Source of the DNA: Epiperipatus broadwayi
Lineage: Eukaryota > Animalia > Onychophora
Length of the DNA stretch: 64,000 bases
Assembly: GCA_028023455.1 (NCBI GenBank)
Contig: JAQFVV010000009.1
Location: 9,858,001 to 9,922,000 of the forward strand
Reading direction: 5' to 3'
The notes under the pieces were generated by a model. It was not told the origin of the DNA and made no database searches. It saw only the letters and a program-made list of their open reading frames with translations. Positions 40,079 through 53,234 of the stretch are shown one piece after another (positions within the stretch are counted from its first letter, which is position 1; each line of letters begins with the position of its first letter). The position numbers were made by a program, and so were the translations under genes.

Positions 40079-42290
40079 CAGGCATCACAAATTGATGGAT
40101 GGGTAGAATATGGCTGACAAAGGCTTCAGATCACCCCCCCCCGCATGGATGATCGCTTTTGTAAAAATCATGGTTTTAAAATTCTTGCGAAGATTAAAGC
40201 ATAAAAAATTCAAACTTCTAAATGTTTAGTGTCAGCTTTAAATCAAAGCAGAACTTATTTCTTTAATTCTTTTGTATCATTTTTTTATCATCAAATGTTG
40301 TCACCATTGAATGGAAGTTATCTGTCATGCAGGCATTTTAAGCCAAATGATACAATGTTAATAGATTACAGGATGGCATTGTAATAATTAACTTCAAAAA
40401 CTTATTATTATTATTATTATTTTTTACCATAAAAATGTCCGAATTTAAAGTTAAAAAAAGAAAAAAATAGATCAAGAAATCAGAATTTTACAACAAAAAA
40501 GAGAGAAGGCATATTTCTTTGTGGAAGTAAAAAATATTCCAACATGTTTGATATGTAACAAAATAATGTCATTATGAAACAAACTATAAGAACTATAATA
40601 AATATACAGAATAGATATATAATGCCAAACTTAAAATTTTAAAAATGAACTCAAGTGTCAATAGCAGATATATTTGAATGGTAATAAACAAGTGATGCTG
40701 CTGTTAAATGTAGTTATATCATAAGTGAAAAAATTGCTCAGATTTTGAAACGTTTTACTGATAAAGAATTTATTAAAAATTGTTTTATAAATGCTTTTGA
40801 AATTATGTGGCTGGGAAAAAAAAGCAAGATTTTCAAAGTATATACCTCTCAGGAATTAAAGATATAGCAGAGAACTTCAGTTTTAGATTGTTTTCCATTG
40901 CAGTTGACAAATGTACAGAAATCATTAAAATTTCCCAGTTAGCAATATTTATTTGTGGTGTTGATGATAATATGGCTGGGATTGAATGTCAGGAACAATG
41001 ATAGGAAATGACATTTGTGTATTGAGAAAAATCTTGAACATGCCCATGAGGACGGGCCAAAATTAGTATGACTATAGATGAAGCCCTTCTATGGGTAGTA
41101 TTAATGTTTGATTGTTACAAAACTTCAAATGAAAAAAAAAATGTGAATAAAAAACTCACTTTGTTCTAAAAAAATAGATGAAACACAATATGAATTTAGT
41201 GTTTAAACAGTATACTGGATACTTTCTTGCACTTTGAGTCACTGACAATTCAACACTGTGGATGAATTGGATTCACAAATCAGCAGTTTGTTATATTATA
41301 CAAAAGTTAGGTATTCAGTTATGGCATTAAAAATCTTTTTTAAACTCTTAAAAGAAGTGAATGTTCATTTCAATCCGAAGAAAAATTGATTCCTCATCTC
41401 ACTGAAGATTGATGCAAAGACTTAAGTGTTTTTAATTGACATAATAAGTCATTTAAACATTTTGAATATTGCTTTGTTCTGCCATATGAATGATTTAATT
41501 ATTTCTGGAAAAATTCTATCTTGAGCAAACCTAGTTGGCAAAGAATAAATTTAGTCCACTTTCTTAGAATTAAATCGATCTTTTGCAATAATAATGATGC
41601 TTCAAAAGTATATTCCTCAAAACTGAAGAACTGATAATTAAATTTGAAAAAAAGATTTTCTAATTTCAACAGTTAGAAGATGAATTATTAATTTTCAGTT
41701 CAATTTTCTGAATTTTGAAATGAAGAAGAATTGCAAATAATAATTCTGAACTAAAAAATAAATATAATGAAGTTGGCACACCAAATTTTTATAAATACTT
41801 CAGAAGTAAATATCCCAGATATAAAATTTATTGGGCAAAAATGTTATCAATCTTCGGAAGCACCTATGTAGGCAAGCAATTATTTTCAATTATGAAACTT
41901 AATAAATCAAAGGGCGGCTCATGGATAAAAGATTCTAGATTAAATACAATACATCATATTGCAACACAAAACAAAAAAGCAGATACGACATGTTAGTGTA
42001 GAGGAAAAGATGTCAGATTTCAGAATCAAAATCAAATTAAAAGAACTCTTAGATAAATATCTTTATTTTTGTTAGTCAAAATTAATGTATTTTAATAATT
42101 TTCTTAAAGTATGAATAAAATATAATTGAAATGATAAATTTAAAATTTAAATGGTGGTATAGCTATTTACCCGAGTCATAAAAGACCTTTCTCAGAGCCT
42201 TTTCCTTTTTAGTTATGCTTTCATTCACAGCTCACATCTATGTACATTTATTTTACTGATCATTTGTTGCATTTGGGATTGAGACCTCTG
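40079..42290 (+). mobile_element. Degenerate hAT transposon (Charlie/Buster, GTF2IRD2-like)
   Basis: Ends CAGGCATCACAAAT and GGATTGAGACCTCTG. Flanks TTCCAAA / TTCTAAAA resemble a decayed Charlie-type target. Coding remnants from 40435: KKRKID.E.R..Q..E.AYFFVE....TCLIC, FSIAVDKCTEII.ISQLAIFICGVDDN and IFGSTYVGKQLFSIMKLNKS. Confidence 0.88.
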
Positions 42291-42460
42291 TTCTAAAAAG
42301 ATATTTGACATCTAAAAGATAAGACTCTTATAGATAAAAATATGTATATAAATATTTATCAGAAATGTCTGTGATACAGATCCATGTTACTACCTTTATA
42401 TATATAACAAATTATTATTACTATTATTCATAAAGCTTTGCATTTAGTTAACATAATAAT

Positions 42461-43005
42461 TATAGAGGATTTGAACTCAGACTTCCCTTTAGTTATCCAC
42501 TCTATTTCACACAATTGATACACATAACCACATACACGTGAAAGATAAATGATCTCAATATGTCAGCACTCATCAGTTGGTCCAGATCATCATTTCCCAC
42601 ACAAATATATATATATAATCAGCACTCAGTTTATATTAAGCTAGAAAATGTTCAAACTTAAATGGACAGGCTTCAATCTATTCCACCCTCACCATACCAT
42701 CAAAAATACAATGATGAAAATTCAAATCCCTTGTTGATACCAATATTATTGTCATGCCTATGTTGACTTTAAATCATTTTGACCCCTCATGTATAGACCT
42801 TACCCATTTAAATATAAATTGAGCACTGTTTATATATATGTTTGGGAAAGGATGATATGGACTAACTGATGAATGCTGGTTCAGGAAAGAAATACATATA
42901 TTGAAGATCATTTATTTTTTGACATGTATGTGGTCAAGTATATCAGTTGTATGAAATAGAGTGGAAAGCTGAAGAGAGCTTGAAAATCTGTTCAAATGCC
43001 CTATA
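42461..43005. mobile_element. Fold-back MITE with roughly 190-bp imperfect TIRs
   Basis: 42461-~42640 (TATAGAGGATTTGAAC...CAGCACTCAGTTTATATT) is the reverse complement of ~42805-43005 (AATATAAATTGAGCACTG...GTTCAAATGCCCTATA). The termini are TA-rich. Confidence 0.8.
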
Positions 43006-43751
43006 ATTACATTTAAACTCCAAGTATATGAATTGTACTTGTATTTGAAATATTAACACAATAACATATTTCTATTGGAAACTTTTCCTGATATAAGCAA
43101 ACAATGTCCAATGTCTTCTATTAATTCAATCATTAGAAATTAAAATACAACTATAATATTTACTATTTGTAGCTTGAATCTGAGTAGCAAATTATCATTA
43201 CACCCAAAATTATGCCACACTAAATGTATAGATAATCATCTACTTATTCAAATCAAACTTATACATAGATTTATGTAAACATTTCCAGCATATATATAAA
43301 GTTCAAAAATTTGAAAAAATAAATATCTGATGCATCAACAGCTGTAAATTTTTGTGTTTCATGGTGTAAACATCTTTTTATATACTGTAATGCTAATTTT
43401 CAATTGTTATAAATATTTTCATGCACCTGAACGAAGAATCCGGTTTATATAAAATTTATCTCATGCAAAATTTTGCAGAAAAGATCATTTTTACCTAAGT
43501 GAACAATGTGTATGTCATTTATCTATGGATAGAGCCTATGTAAGTTCATAACGTGAATTCTATATACATTTCTAGATTTATTCTTAAAAGTATTTGAACC
43601 TCTTTCATTCCTTAAAATCAACAAATGATTTTTTATTCTTTTCCTTTTTAGTATTCACAATTTCTGCTAGTCATATTTTAATTTTTATTTAAGAGCATAT
43701 CAAATTTCTTAATAAATTTCCTACTAAAGTTTTTTTTTCCCATATATCAAA

Positions 43752-43824
43752 TGCATTGACTGGGAAGCAAAGCAAACCGGCCCAGCTTGGAAGGCAGCTA
43801 TGCTAACTACTAGGCCACCAACGC
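43752..43824 (-). pseudogene. tRNA-Gly(TCC) pseudogene or tRNA-derived SINE head
   Basis: Minus strand reads GCGTTGGTGGCCTAGTAGTTAGCATAGCTGCCTTCCAAGC...TTCCCAGTCAATGCA, close to metazoan tRNA-Gly-TCC. The T-arm/B-box is disrupted (GGTTTGCTTTGCTTCCC). Confidence 0.8.
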
Positions 43825-44959
43825 TTGACTAAATTTCCTAAAATTATATTTATAGATATTTGTATAGATTATAATAAAATAATAACATTCTATAAATACA
43901 TTATAATTTTTTGATCCAATGATAATAATGAATGTTTTTCTCTTATTGATTAAGTTACATAAAATATATTAAAAAAATTAAATTTCTTGAAACTTAAAAT
44001 ATTGTTATACATTACAAAAGAAACACTTTTTTTTAAACACGACTTTTACATGGATGAGTCAGATTTTATTTTAATAATTATAATCCTATTATTTGTTTCT
44101 ACACTATTAAAGCTGATTCAATTAAAAAAAGATTTAATTTCTTTTTAAAACGTCCTCATTTGTACAAATATCTTTTCTATAAAATAAATTAGACTTTGAT
44201 TTATTCTTTGCACATAAATTAACATTATTTATATATATTATTTAAGTATATTCTCTATTTAAAGTCATCTTAAGGGGTATTTATGCAAATGAATGTTATA
44301 ACAAAACAAAAACAATTTCCCACCAATAACAGTAATTTAAAAATTGTATTCTCTTAATATAATTATTTTATATTTCATTTATGGTAAAATTATTAATTTT
44401 AATGAAATCGATATTTAGGTCTGCATCATAAACAAGTATGGCCATTCCACCTCCATGGGAACAATAAAGAGATGACAAACAAGACAGAAAACAGAAAGAG
44501 AAAAGGTTGTAGTAAACAATGACTATGTGGCTGGACAAACATGCAATTTCATTGTCAAAGTTACTGTGGAGAAATGACCAATGATATGAGAGGCTCATAA
44601 TGAAAGACCTGGAATAATCCAAGTGACTGACAACAATAAGATAAGAAAGAAGTGATATATACAATAACAATTTCTTATATATATATATATTTAATATACA
44701 AATAAGCAAGTAAATAATTATGGTAAGACAAAATAAGCATAAAATAAATTCATTAATCTGCAAAGCCAGACTTTTGATACTGAGTATCTTTGCCAAAGTA
44801 CGCCTAAGAGGAAATTAGCAAAATGTATCAGCATTTCAATCTGCATGCAGAGATAATTAAAGTGGGTGTTAATTTTAATGAATTTGCATGTAGAACAGTT
44901 GTAAATGCTAATCGACTAAACTCTGCCTAGGTTGTCAAATTAAATGAAGTCTTTGTTGA

Positions 44960-45790
44960 GGGAATGTTACTGGCTCTAATGTTTATTGCATCAAAAGAAT
45001 TGATTATGTGTCAAGCTTCCTTAACCTTCCATTTCCTGTAATTGCTTTCGAAGTAAATGATCTTAACAGTGGCAGGTTTAAGAGTGGCCTGTGATCTTTT
45101 TGTGGTCAATGAATACTGACTCATACAAAGTGTTAGATTTAGCTCTATTATATAGGTAGACATGCTAAGATATTCTAGATTTCAAATTAGCAAGCGTTTC
45201 AGCATAATATCTATCGGTGCAAGATAGCCAGTCCAAGGCGTATACATAAGAGATGAAACTGGGTTGATAATTAAATAATTGTAAATATAATTAGTTGTTT
45301 GTTTCAATTTTATTTAGATTGATTATTACATTAGCTGTACTTTGTCACCATTATTGATCTTATTTTTAGAGTTGTTGATGAGTCTATTGAGGGATATAGA
45401 ACATCTAAAGCTGATATTAAAGTCTTTAGCTAGAATTGATGTTAATTTTAAATATATGTTGGCAATATATGGCATATTAATCCAAGGTTTAGGAGGTCCA
45501 TTATATTTATGTCTATTGTTGAATTTTTTATCCAGCATAATGGCAGAATAGGCAACTTTAATTAAGTCCTTCTTATAAGAATCCCAGTTATTTTTAGCCT
45601 TGGCTATAAATTTATAGAGTTTAGAGTTTCTAAATAAAAAACCTTTATGGTCGGTTATTTTATATTGGAATTGTACTTTACATTGTGGATACAAGTAACC
45701 CCTAATTCCAAGAGGCTTGGCAATCATTGAAAAATCGTTAAGTATGGATTCATCTAGTCGATTTCAGATCCAGACATTTGTCTGTTAAAA
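44960..45790 (-). mobile_element. Degenerate Penelope-like element (RT thumb/linker plus GIY-YIG endonuclease)
   Basis: KPWINMPYIANI..KLTSIL...NISF....L.RLINNSKNKI is a Penelope linker. It is followed by SYVYALDWLSCTDRYYAETLANLKSRIS*H (VY.I.C..C...YIGET.R.L..R..EH) and DHKKITGH. Confidence 0.8.
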
Positions 45791-46677
45791 TATATGTGAG
45801 GAATTTCATTACAAAATAATGAAGCCATTTGTATGAATAAAAACTAAAGCTATATAGAAACACAATGTCATTAATCAGTTATTCTTTGGTTCTGAGCCTT
45901 CTATATCAATAATTTTTCTAGATTAAAAAAAAAAAAAATAGTAAAAATTCAACAATACACATAAACTTTCTATGATTTTAAAGCAGCCATATGCTGTTAA
46001 AAATTTAATATCTGAGGATTGTTGGATATATATTTACAATATCCTTTACATTAAACTTATTTTTATATTAATACAATATTTTTATATAATAGTAATAAAA
46101 TATTATGAGCCCCCCCCCACTTCACTTTATTTAATATAAATAGAAACTAATAAGAGTATTAATATTAATGATTTTTCTATATTAAATACTACAATAAATA
46201 ATAATTTATTGATTAATTACGATTTTTTTAAAAAAAAAACCTCATTTATTTTAATATAATTTAGCAATTAAGATTAACTAGAAAGTTTTCAATTGCTATT
46301 TCTAGCAAAAATGAAAATATCAAACTAAGAAAAGCTCACATCAATTAAACTTATTAATTTATAGATCATTTATTCAATCATGTTTTTTCTTCAATTTTCT
46401 TTTTAATGTAAGTCTAAATAAAAAAAAATGTTATTTAAATAAATTCTAAGACATGCTAAATTAATAAAATTAGTTAGCAGTTGATAATTTGAAGAGCTTC
46501 TCATAATTTTATCCAGATTTTAAAAAACTATTTAATTTTCAGTAATCAAATTGGTGGTAGTATTCTAGTATAGAGAGAATTCTCATTATACAATAATCAA
46601 TAAACATACATTAAACAAATATATCAAATCATCACCAATGTTAAGAAATTCAGCTAAGCCCTCTGTGAATAAATATA

Positions 46678-47031
46678 TAATCCGTATTTCAAAATAGCCA
46701 GTTCAAAAATATACTTCTTTGAAACTGTATACTATTAGTTCTTAAATATTGAAACACAAACGAATTCAAACAAGGAGCATGAAATTTCAATAAGCAAGAA
46801 ACAAACATGTTTACTATACTTATACAAAAACAAACTAAACATTAGTCATTTTAATTTTGGGAACATCTAACACATAGAAAACATGTTTGTTTAAGAGTAA
46901 TTTAAAATCATTGCTTATTTAAATTTCACACTTTTTGTTTGAATTAGTTCATGTTTCAATATTTGAGATCTAATAGTACACAGTTTCAAAGAGGTACTTT
47001 TTTGAACTGGCTATTTTGAAATACAGACTCA
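46678..47031. mobile_element. MITE with roughly 115-bp TIRs, TA-flanked; part of a larger modular repeat
   Basis: CCGTATTTCAAAATAGCCAGTTCAAAAA...AATAAGCAA is inverted relative to TTGCTTATTT...TTTTTGAACTGGCTATTTTGAAATACAGACTCA|TA. A third arm lies at about 50215-50340. Confidence 0.8.
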
Positions 47032-47094
47032 TATTGTACCAGTACAAAACATATATATCCATCTAACATGAGCTGGAATTTACAAAATGTACTT

Positions 47095-47200
47095 CAAACC
47101 CAGTCAAACCCGAGATTTAGGTCAGGGACCAGCCTGAATTCGAACCCACTCTCTAAGTCCCAGATCTAACACCTAATGAATAACATAATAGTGATGGCAC
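47095..47200 (-). mobile_element. Possible tRNA-derived SINE head
   Basis: Pol III B-box-like GGGTTCGAATTC on the minus strand (about 47136-47147). The A-box is poorly recognisable. Confidence 0.35.
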
Positions 47201-47589
47201 ATGAGAATTAATTTTAATCCGGCCCACTAGCAAAGCGTGAGAAGACAATGAGACATCTATTACTATGACTAAACTAAAATATATATAAGCATGGCTGTAC
47301 TTTTGGAAGTGGAGAAAAAGGAATTCAAACTATTCAAATAAGTTTAGACAATAAAAATATAGTTTAATATAATGACAAATTATTATACATTATGACTTAA
47401 TTGTATACATTAGTGTGTGCTTGAATGAGCAAGCGGTAGATGATTACATAGCGTCATTCATGCTATTATTTCTCGTATCCTCTTTATTAGCTAAATAATA
47501 TATTATAAATAAGCACACATCTTTGGTGAGTCCAATATTAAAATGCCAATCAATTATTAAAAAAAATTCACATAAAATGGCTATTAACG

Positions 47590-47625
47590 CTTTGGATTAC
47601 GGTTCTGAAACGTGGGGACTAACAT
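47590..47625 (+). mobile_element. Short RTE RT C-terminal fragment
   Basis: Translates as ALDYGSETWGLT, compared with VLTYGSETWTLN in the intact RTE. Confidence 0.4.
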
Positions 47626-50104
47626 TATTTAGGGGAGCATTCCGAGATTCATTACAGATATAATATAAACCATTTTCACGTCATTACGGTCGTGAAAATA
47701 CATAAAATACATTTAAAAACATATTTGATTATATGATAAAATACTTAATGAAAATTCTTTTAATTAGCGCTGGTAAGAAGAACGCTTTATTTTCCCCTAG
47801 GCAAATACTCTTAAATACAGTAATACATTACGATGGTGGGACTGTATAAGATTGAAATAAATTTAATTAATACGAATAGTAGTAGTGATACTCGGCATTT
47901 TATATATATATTTAAGCAGAGCGCAATTTTAATATTAGAGCATTAAAACTGGGCCATGAAGCAAAAGAAATAATAATAATAAGAAGTTTGCGGTGCTGAC
48001 ATAATTAGCCAAGAAATAACAGGAAAAGTCGTGCTTTTGGACAAAAGACGAAGTGGATAAGCATGTCGTGGATATCACTGACACGCAGGCCTTTTTGTAT
48101 GAAGAAAGTGGATAGGCATAGCGTGTGCCAGACTAAGGGAATCACCCCCAGAGGCCTTTTTATATGAAATAAATGGTTCTGGGAAGGTCAACTATCCTCA
48201 GAACAAGGCTTGAAAAATAAATCTATGGATTCAAACTTGTCGCAACCCCCAGATTAGAAGTCTAGAAGCACATAATATATATAAACATGAAGATAAGGCC
48301 AAATGTCAGTAACGACATTGAATAAGTTTACTGCTTTAAAATAAATGACTCTTATTTGAATACCATAATTTAGAGAAATAATACACTATGCAGTTATAAT
48401 ATATATAGACAAAAGATTTTACTTAATAACTAAAACAGTAAAATATTACAATTTACCCCCCTTCCCTTTCTGATATTTAAAATAATTCAATCCCACCCTC
48501 GTGGTTTTTATAGCAACTGGAATATTTAAATACAATATTTGAAATTTTAAGAGTATGGAAAATAAAAGAAGACTGGCTGTTATAGAAAATAATTAATGGG
48601 TCACTCTTTCAGAATTTAAAAAAAAAAAACATTTTAAAAGATTTCAAAGCATTAATTAACTTGAATGGTGGATTTACCCTGGGTAGAATTACTTTATTCT
48701 ATTTGGAGTTGAACAAATAATTTTATAATAAATCAACATAAAATGTTGATTCGTAAAAAAAAAAAACTGGCAAACATACGTCATATAATATATTTTGAGG
48801 GAACGTTAAAAACCTTAATTAATGGAGATTTAATTGAAAGACAAAAAGATTTAAAAACTAAGTTCGCCAGGTTACTGGAAATTGGCAAATTAATAATAAA
48901 CAAGCAGATATATAAATCAAAGAATAAATACATATAAATAAATGACCGCACCAAAGTTAAGGAAAGTTAAGAACATATGAGAGAATTAAATTTATAGAAA
49001 TCACTTAAAAGCAAATTACATATTAAGACAAAAACAAAGTTAAATAACACATTAGAAGAAATCTTGATAGATGAGTTAGGTTAAATTTAGTTTGAGATAA
49101 CGGCTTGAAAAGTTACCTTGCAATTGAAATGCAAGTTCTTCGGTGACAGCAAGCTTCTATTAGCATACTAAAGTTCTTAGGTCGGGCATTTACTTCACTC
49201 TTGGCCAGCAGAATGGTGCAGTCATGTAAGATGATGACCCAACAGGGCCGAGAAGGGTGGTGGATTTACTACTACATCATTTTAAGTTTCAAGCGATGTG
49301 TCGTATGTTTACAATACAGTTCTCTCAAATGTAGTTAATCTATCCCCTGGTGATTTAAGAACCGGCCATTTTATACTCTGCCCAGGTATTTCTGGAATGC
49401 TTTTAATTACTTTTCATTGTTTGTAAAAAATGCAACTGTTAGATAACATCCAAAAATAAATTCAAATCTATTTCCAGATTAGAAATAGATTTGAGAAAAA
49501 TGTTTATAACAAAAGAAAATCTTTAATCTTAATCCCAATTTCATTTTAAGTAAAAACTTTAATTGAAAATACCTTCCCCAGATTAAAACAATAGTGTTTC
49601 CAACCCTTTAATTATTTTGGGGCAATTAACAGTACATCTTCCATATTGGATTCTATAAAATACAGTTTAATAGGAAAAAAAAGTACTTTAAAAGAAAAAA
49701 TTGTATAAATGACATATAATAAAATATTTTAAAAAATCAATATTTTGTTAGTATTTTGCTCCTATATATATATTTGAGCTGCACCTATGTACTTTAATAA
49801 AAAAGAACTAATAATTAATAAAAAATAATTAATAATAATTTTAAAAAATGTTATTGAAACGTTAAAATTGTATAACTTAGGCGCGCATCTCAAATATATA
49901 CATAATATATATATACACAACAAAAGGAGCAGGATGGGATATAGGGTTTAAATACAGGTTAGTAGATGGAACCATGAAGCACAATCTTAAGCTAAGATTG
50001 ACTGCTTCAATATATATTTATTCATAGTGAGAGTAGCTAAATTTCTTAACATTGGTGGTGATCCGATATTTAGATATTTATTTCAGTATAGCATGATGCA
50101 CTAG

Positions 50105-50435
50105 AATTATTTTCATATATCTATTTGTTAGGTATTTCATAGATTAAAATGACTAATGCTTAGTCTGTCTTTGTATAAGCATAATAAACATATATGTTTA
50201 GGAGCAATTTAAGAGCATTGCTTATTTAAATTTCATGCTTTTTGTTTGAATTAGTTCATGTTTCAATATTTAAGGTCTAATATCATACAGTTTCAAAGAG
50301 ATACTTTTTTGAACTGGCTATTTTGAAATCTGGACTCATATTTATTCACAGAGGATGTAGCTGAATTTCTTAACATTGGTAGTGATTTGATATTTGGAAA
50401 TTTATTTCTGTATAGTGTTCTGCACTGGAGTTATT
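50105..50435 (-). repeat. Inverted copy of about 46560-46885 (roughly 325-bp module)
   Basis: TTTATTCACAGAGG..TAGCTGAATTTCTTAACATTGGT is the reverse complement of about 46620-46675. The MITE arm and the spacer ATTAAAATGACTAATG also match. A partial tandem copy lies at 50030-50110. Confidence 0.8.
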
Positions 50436-51089
50436 TTGGTATTAAACAAAAAGTATACGTATATTTATATTGATAATAAATGAATGATTGGATGTTTAGG
50501 ATTTTCATAAGAAGTTCAAGTATTGAAAAAGATAACACTGGGGAACAATCCATGGATCTTGAATTATAGTTTGCTACTTGGCCATTAAGCCAAATCAAGC
50601 AGAACGTTTATTTTAGTAAAAATAATTTTTATGCAAGAAACTATAAATTGTATTAAACTGAAAAGTGCCATAAATGCTTGAAGAAAAATTAAATTAAAAT
50701 GTTACCAGTTAAAAAATTATTAAATAAAACAAACCGTTTTTATAAAGAATAGCTTAAAAGTCACAATTGCTTGAAAATGTAAAATATTTTTTGATTATCA
50801 ATTAATTTTAATGAATATTTTATAAAATTATTTAAGAAACTTTTCAATTACAGGTAAAACATAATGTTGCTTATCACTTTTCATTTTGATTTTTGCAAAG
50901 ATGTACTCTTTCCACAATATTTTCTATAAGTTGTTCTTGTTTTAATGCTAGTATTATCAAATTTGAGAGCCAATTGATTCACTCTCCAAAAAATATATCT
51001 TAAGAGTTGCATACTGGTATAAATCATGTACCCAGTGAGAACAATTTGCTAAAACTATATTTATGCTATATCCATCACTGCAATTGATA

Positions 51090-52890
51090 TTGCTAACTTT
51101 CAGAAATATTTAAATGAATTTAAATTAGAACTTGCAAGTAATTTTAAAATACTAATAAATATCTTTGTCAGCTCAGATCTTAACAAATTTTGTTATAGGT
51201 AGCTGGTTTAAAAAAACAACAACAATTCATCAGTACATTGTCAATTGGGACAAGGTTGATCCATTTAAAAGAAGGAATATTTGAATCTTGTAAAATGATA
51301 TAAAAAAAAGTTTCTGATGATATAAAAAAGTAAATATAATTATGGATTGGTAAGGAAAGTTAAAGAAGAGATTAAAAGTCCCAAAGGTAAAATACAATTT
51401 GATATTGAAAGGAAAGTTTCAAAAATAAGAAAAGATAGCAGTATTTCTAAAACGACGAATGATATAACAAAGTATATGGAAGAGGTCTATAGAGAACTGT
51501 ACCCTGTGAATAGTAATAAAAAACAACCAAAACAAAGTAACTCCTAAAATTACATTTTCATTTAAAATATTTGGCATGTGCTAAATGGAAATGTTCTAAA
51601 AAAATAATATAATTATTGATATATTAAAAGCAAATGAAAAAAAGTGGGAAATTGTTGGCAAAGCAATATACCAAATATTTAAATAATAAAGTTGTACCAT
51701 ATGAAAGGTAAGGGCAATTATAATATTAATATTTAAGAAAGATAAAAAAGAAAATATTAGAGATTATAATCTATTAATTTCCTATTAGTTCTATATAAGA
51801 GCTTTACTAAGATTATCACAACTCATTTACAGAGAATTTGATTCAAATCAATTACAACAATTTGCAGGATTTAAGTTATAAGTACAATAGAGTACATCCA
51901 CAAATTAAGAAAAGTTATATAAAGGAATTGTTTTGGGTTTGTAGATTATGATAAAACACTAATATTACAAGCATTTCTGAAATGACTGAAGCCTTGAAAT
52001 ATCAACATATAGACTCAGAATATTGCCAAATGCTTCAGAATATTTATAAAACTACAACCACAGTGATCAGACTACATAGTGATATCAAGATTAATATTGA
52101 TAAGAATGTATGAAAGAGTGATACCATATCTTAATTTTTTTTATAATAGTACTCAAAAATATTTTATGGATAGAAATGAGAAGCTAAAGAAATAAAATTA
52201 AATGGAAATTATTTAAATTTTCTAGATTCTGCAGATGATGTATTTGTTTTGTAAATAATGCTTCAGAAAATATTACAAAAATTATCAGATGAAAGCAAAA
52301 AAGGAGGACTAAAGATAAATACTAAAATGACTAAAGCAAAGCTCAAAAATCTTTCACATGAAAATATAGTTTGATAATAATTACAATAAGTTAAGAACTA
52401 CTTATACCTTAGTGAGAGTATTTAAAACAAATGAAAATATAGTGGTTAAAATTAATTGTAAAATTAAACTTGGCTGGAGTAGTGTTCAAAAAGAAAGGTG
52501 TTTTACTAATTTTTATATATGTTTTTAAAAGTTGACAGTTTAATAAAAAATAAATACAGAAACTTCAAATTATATAATGAAGTAAGTTAGGGAAATAAAA
52601 AGAAATAGAATATGATGTACATGAGTGAAAAAATAAATGAGTATTGTTGAAAAAATTAAAATGCCAAAAATGAAACTACTCTGACATATGCTAAAAGAGA
52701 TTACAATAGTTGGACAATTAAATCTTAAACTTGACTCTCATAAAATTGTAAAAGGCCTGAAAAGAAATTATGTGTAAATGGATGGAGATAAGAAAGTTTG
52801 CTGGAGGCATGTGCACAAGAGAAGCTAAGAATTGGAAAAACTATATTAAATTTGGAAAGATATTCATTTTGTGGATCAATAAAATTTTAA
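51090..52890 (+). mobile_element. Old decayed copy of the 32-35 kb RTE family
   Basis: Direct nucleotide similarity, for example CTTCAGAAA..T.AATGAATTTAAATTAGAACTT, ATATTAATATTTAA.AAAG.T.A.AAAGAA.ATATTAGA.ATTA, GCAGATGATGTA and AAATTAAACTTGG.TGGAGT. It ends like the intact copy near 52860-52890. Confidence 0.9.
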
Positions 52891-53234
52891 AATAAAAATG
52901 ATGAATATATAATTTAACATTTTTCTTTGCAATAACATCAAACATATAAAAATAAAGATTACAACAAATAATTTTTTTTTTAAAAAAAAAAAAAAGAAGA
53001 CAGAAATATATTTAAATTGGATAATAAATTAAACAATTTTTTTCTTTGATTTTTCTTTAATAAATTCATCAATTATTTCACAATAAAAAATAGCTTCCTA
53101 TATTTGGTAAATTGTAATTAAACTTTAGTTTTATTTCATTGAAAATGATATTAAATACTAATACAAATTTTTATACTTAATAGAATACTAAATCCAATAC
53201 TTCTGTTATTATAAAATATAAATCACAATTTTAG

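Noticed and set aside
42565-42880. CTGATGA motifs as hammerhead cores (also at 10378 and 21140)
   Set aside because: No paired stem II followed by GAAA.
44368-44796. 142-aa hydrophobic minus-strand ORF; also a faint mariner-like HNERPG on the plus strand
   Set aside because: The low-complexity T-rich composition explains the ORF, and the mariner similarity is too weak.
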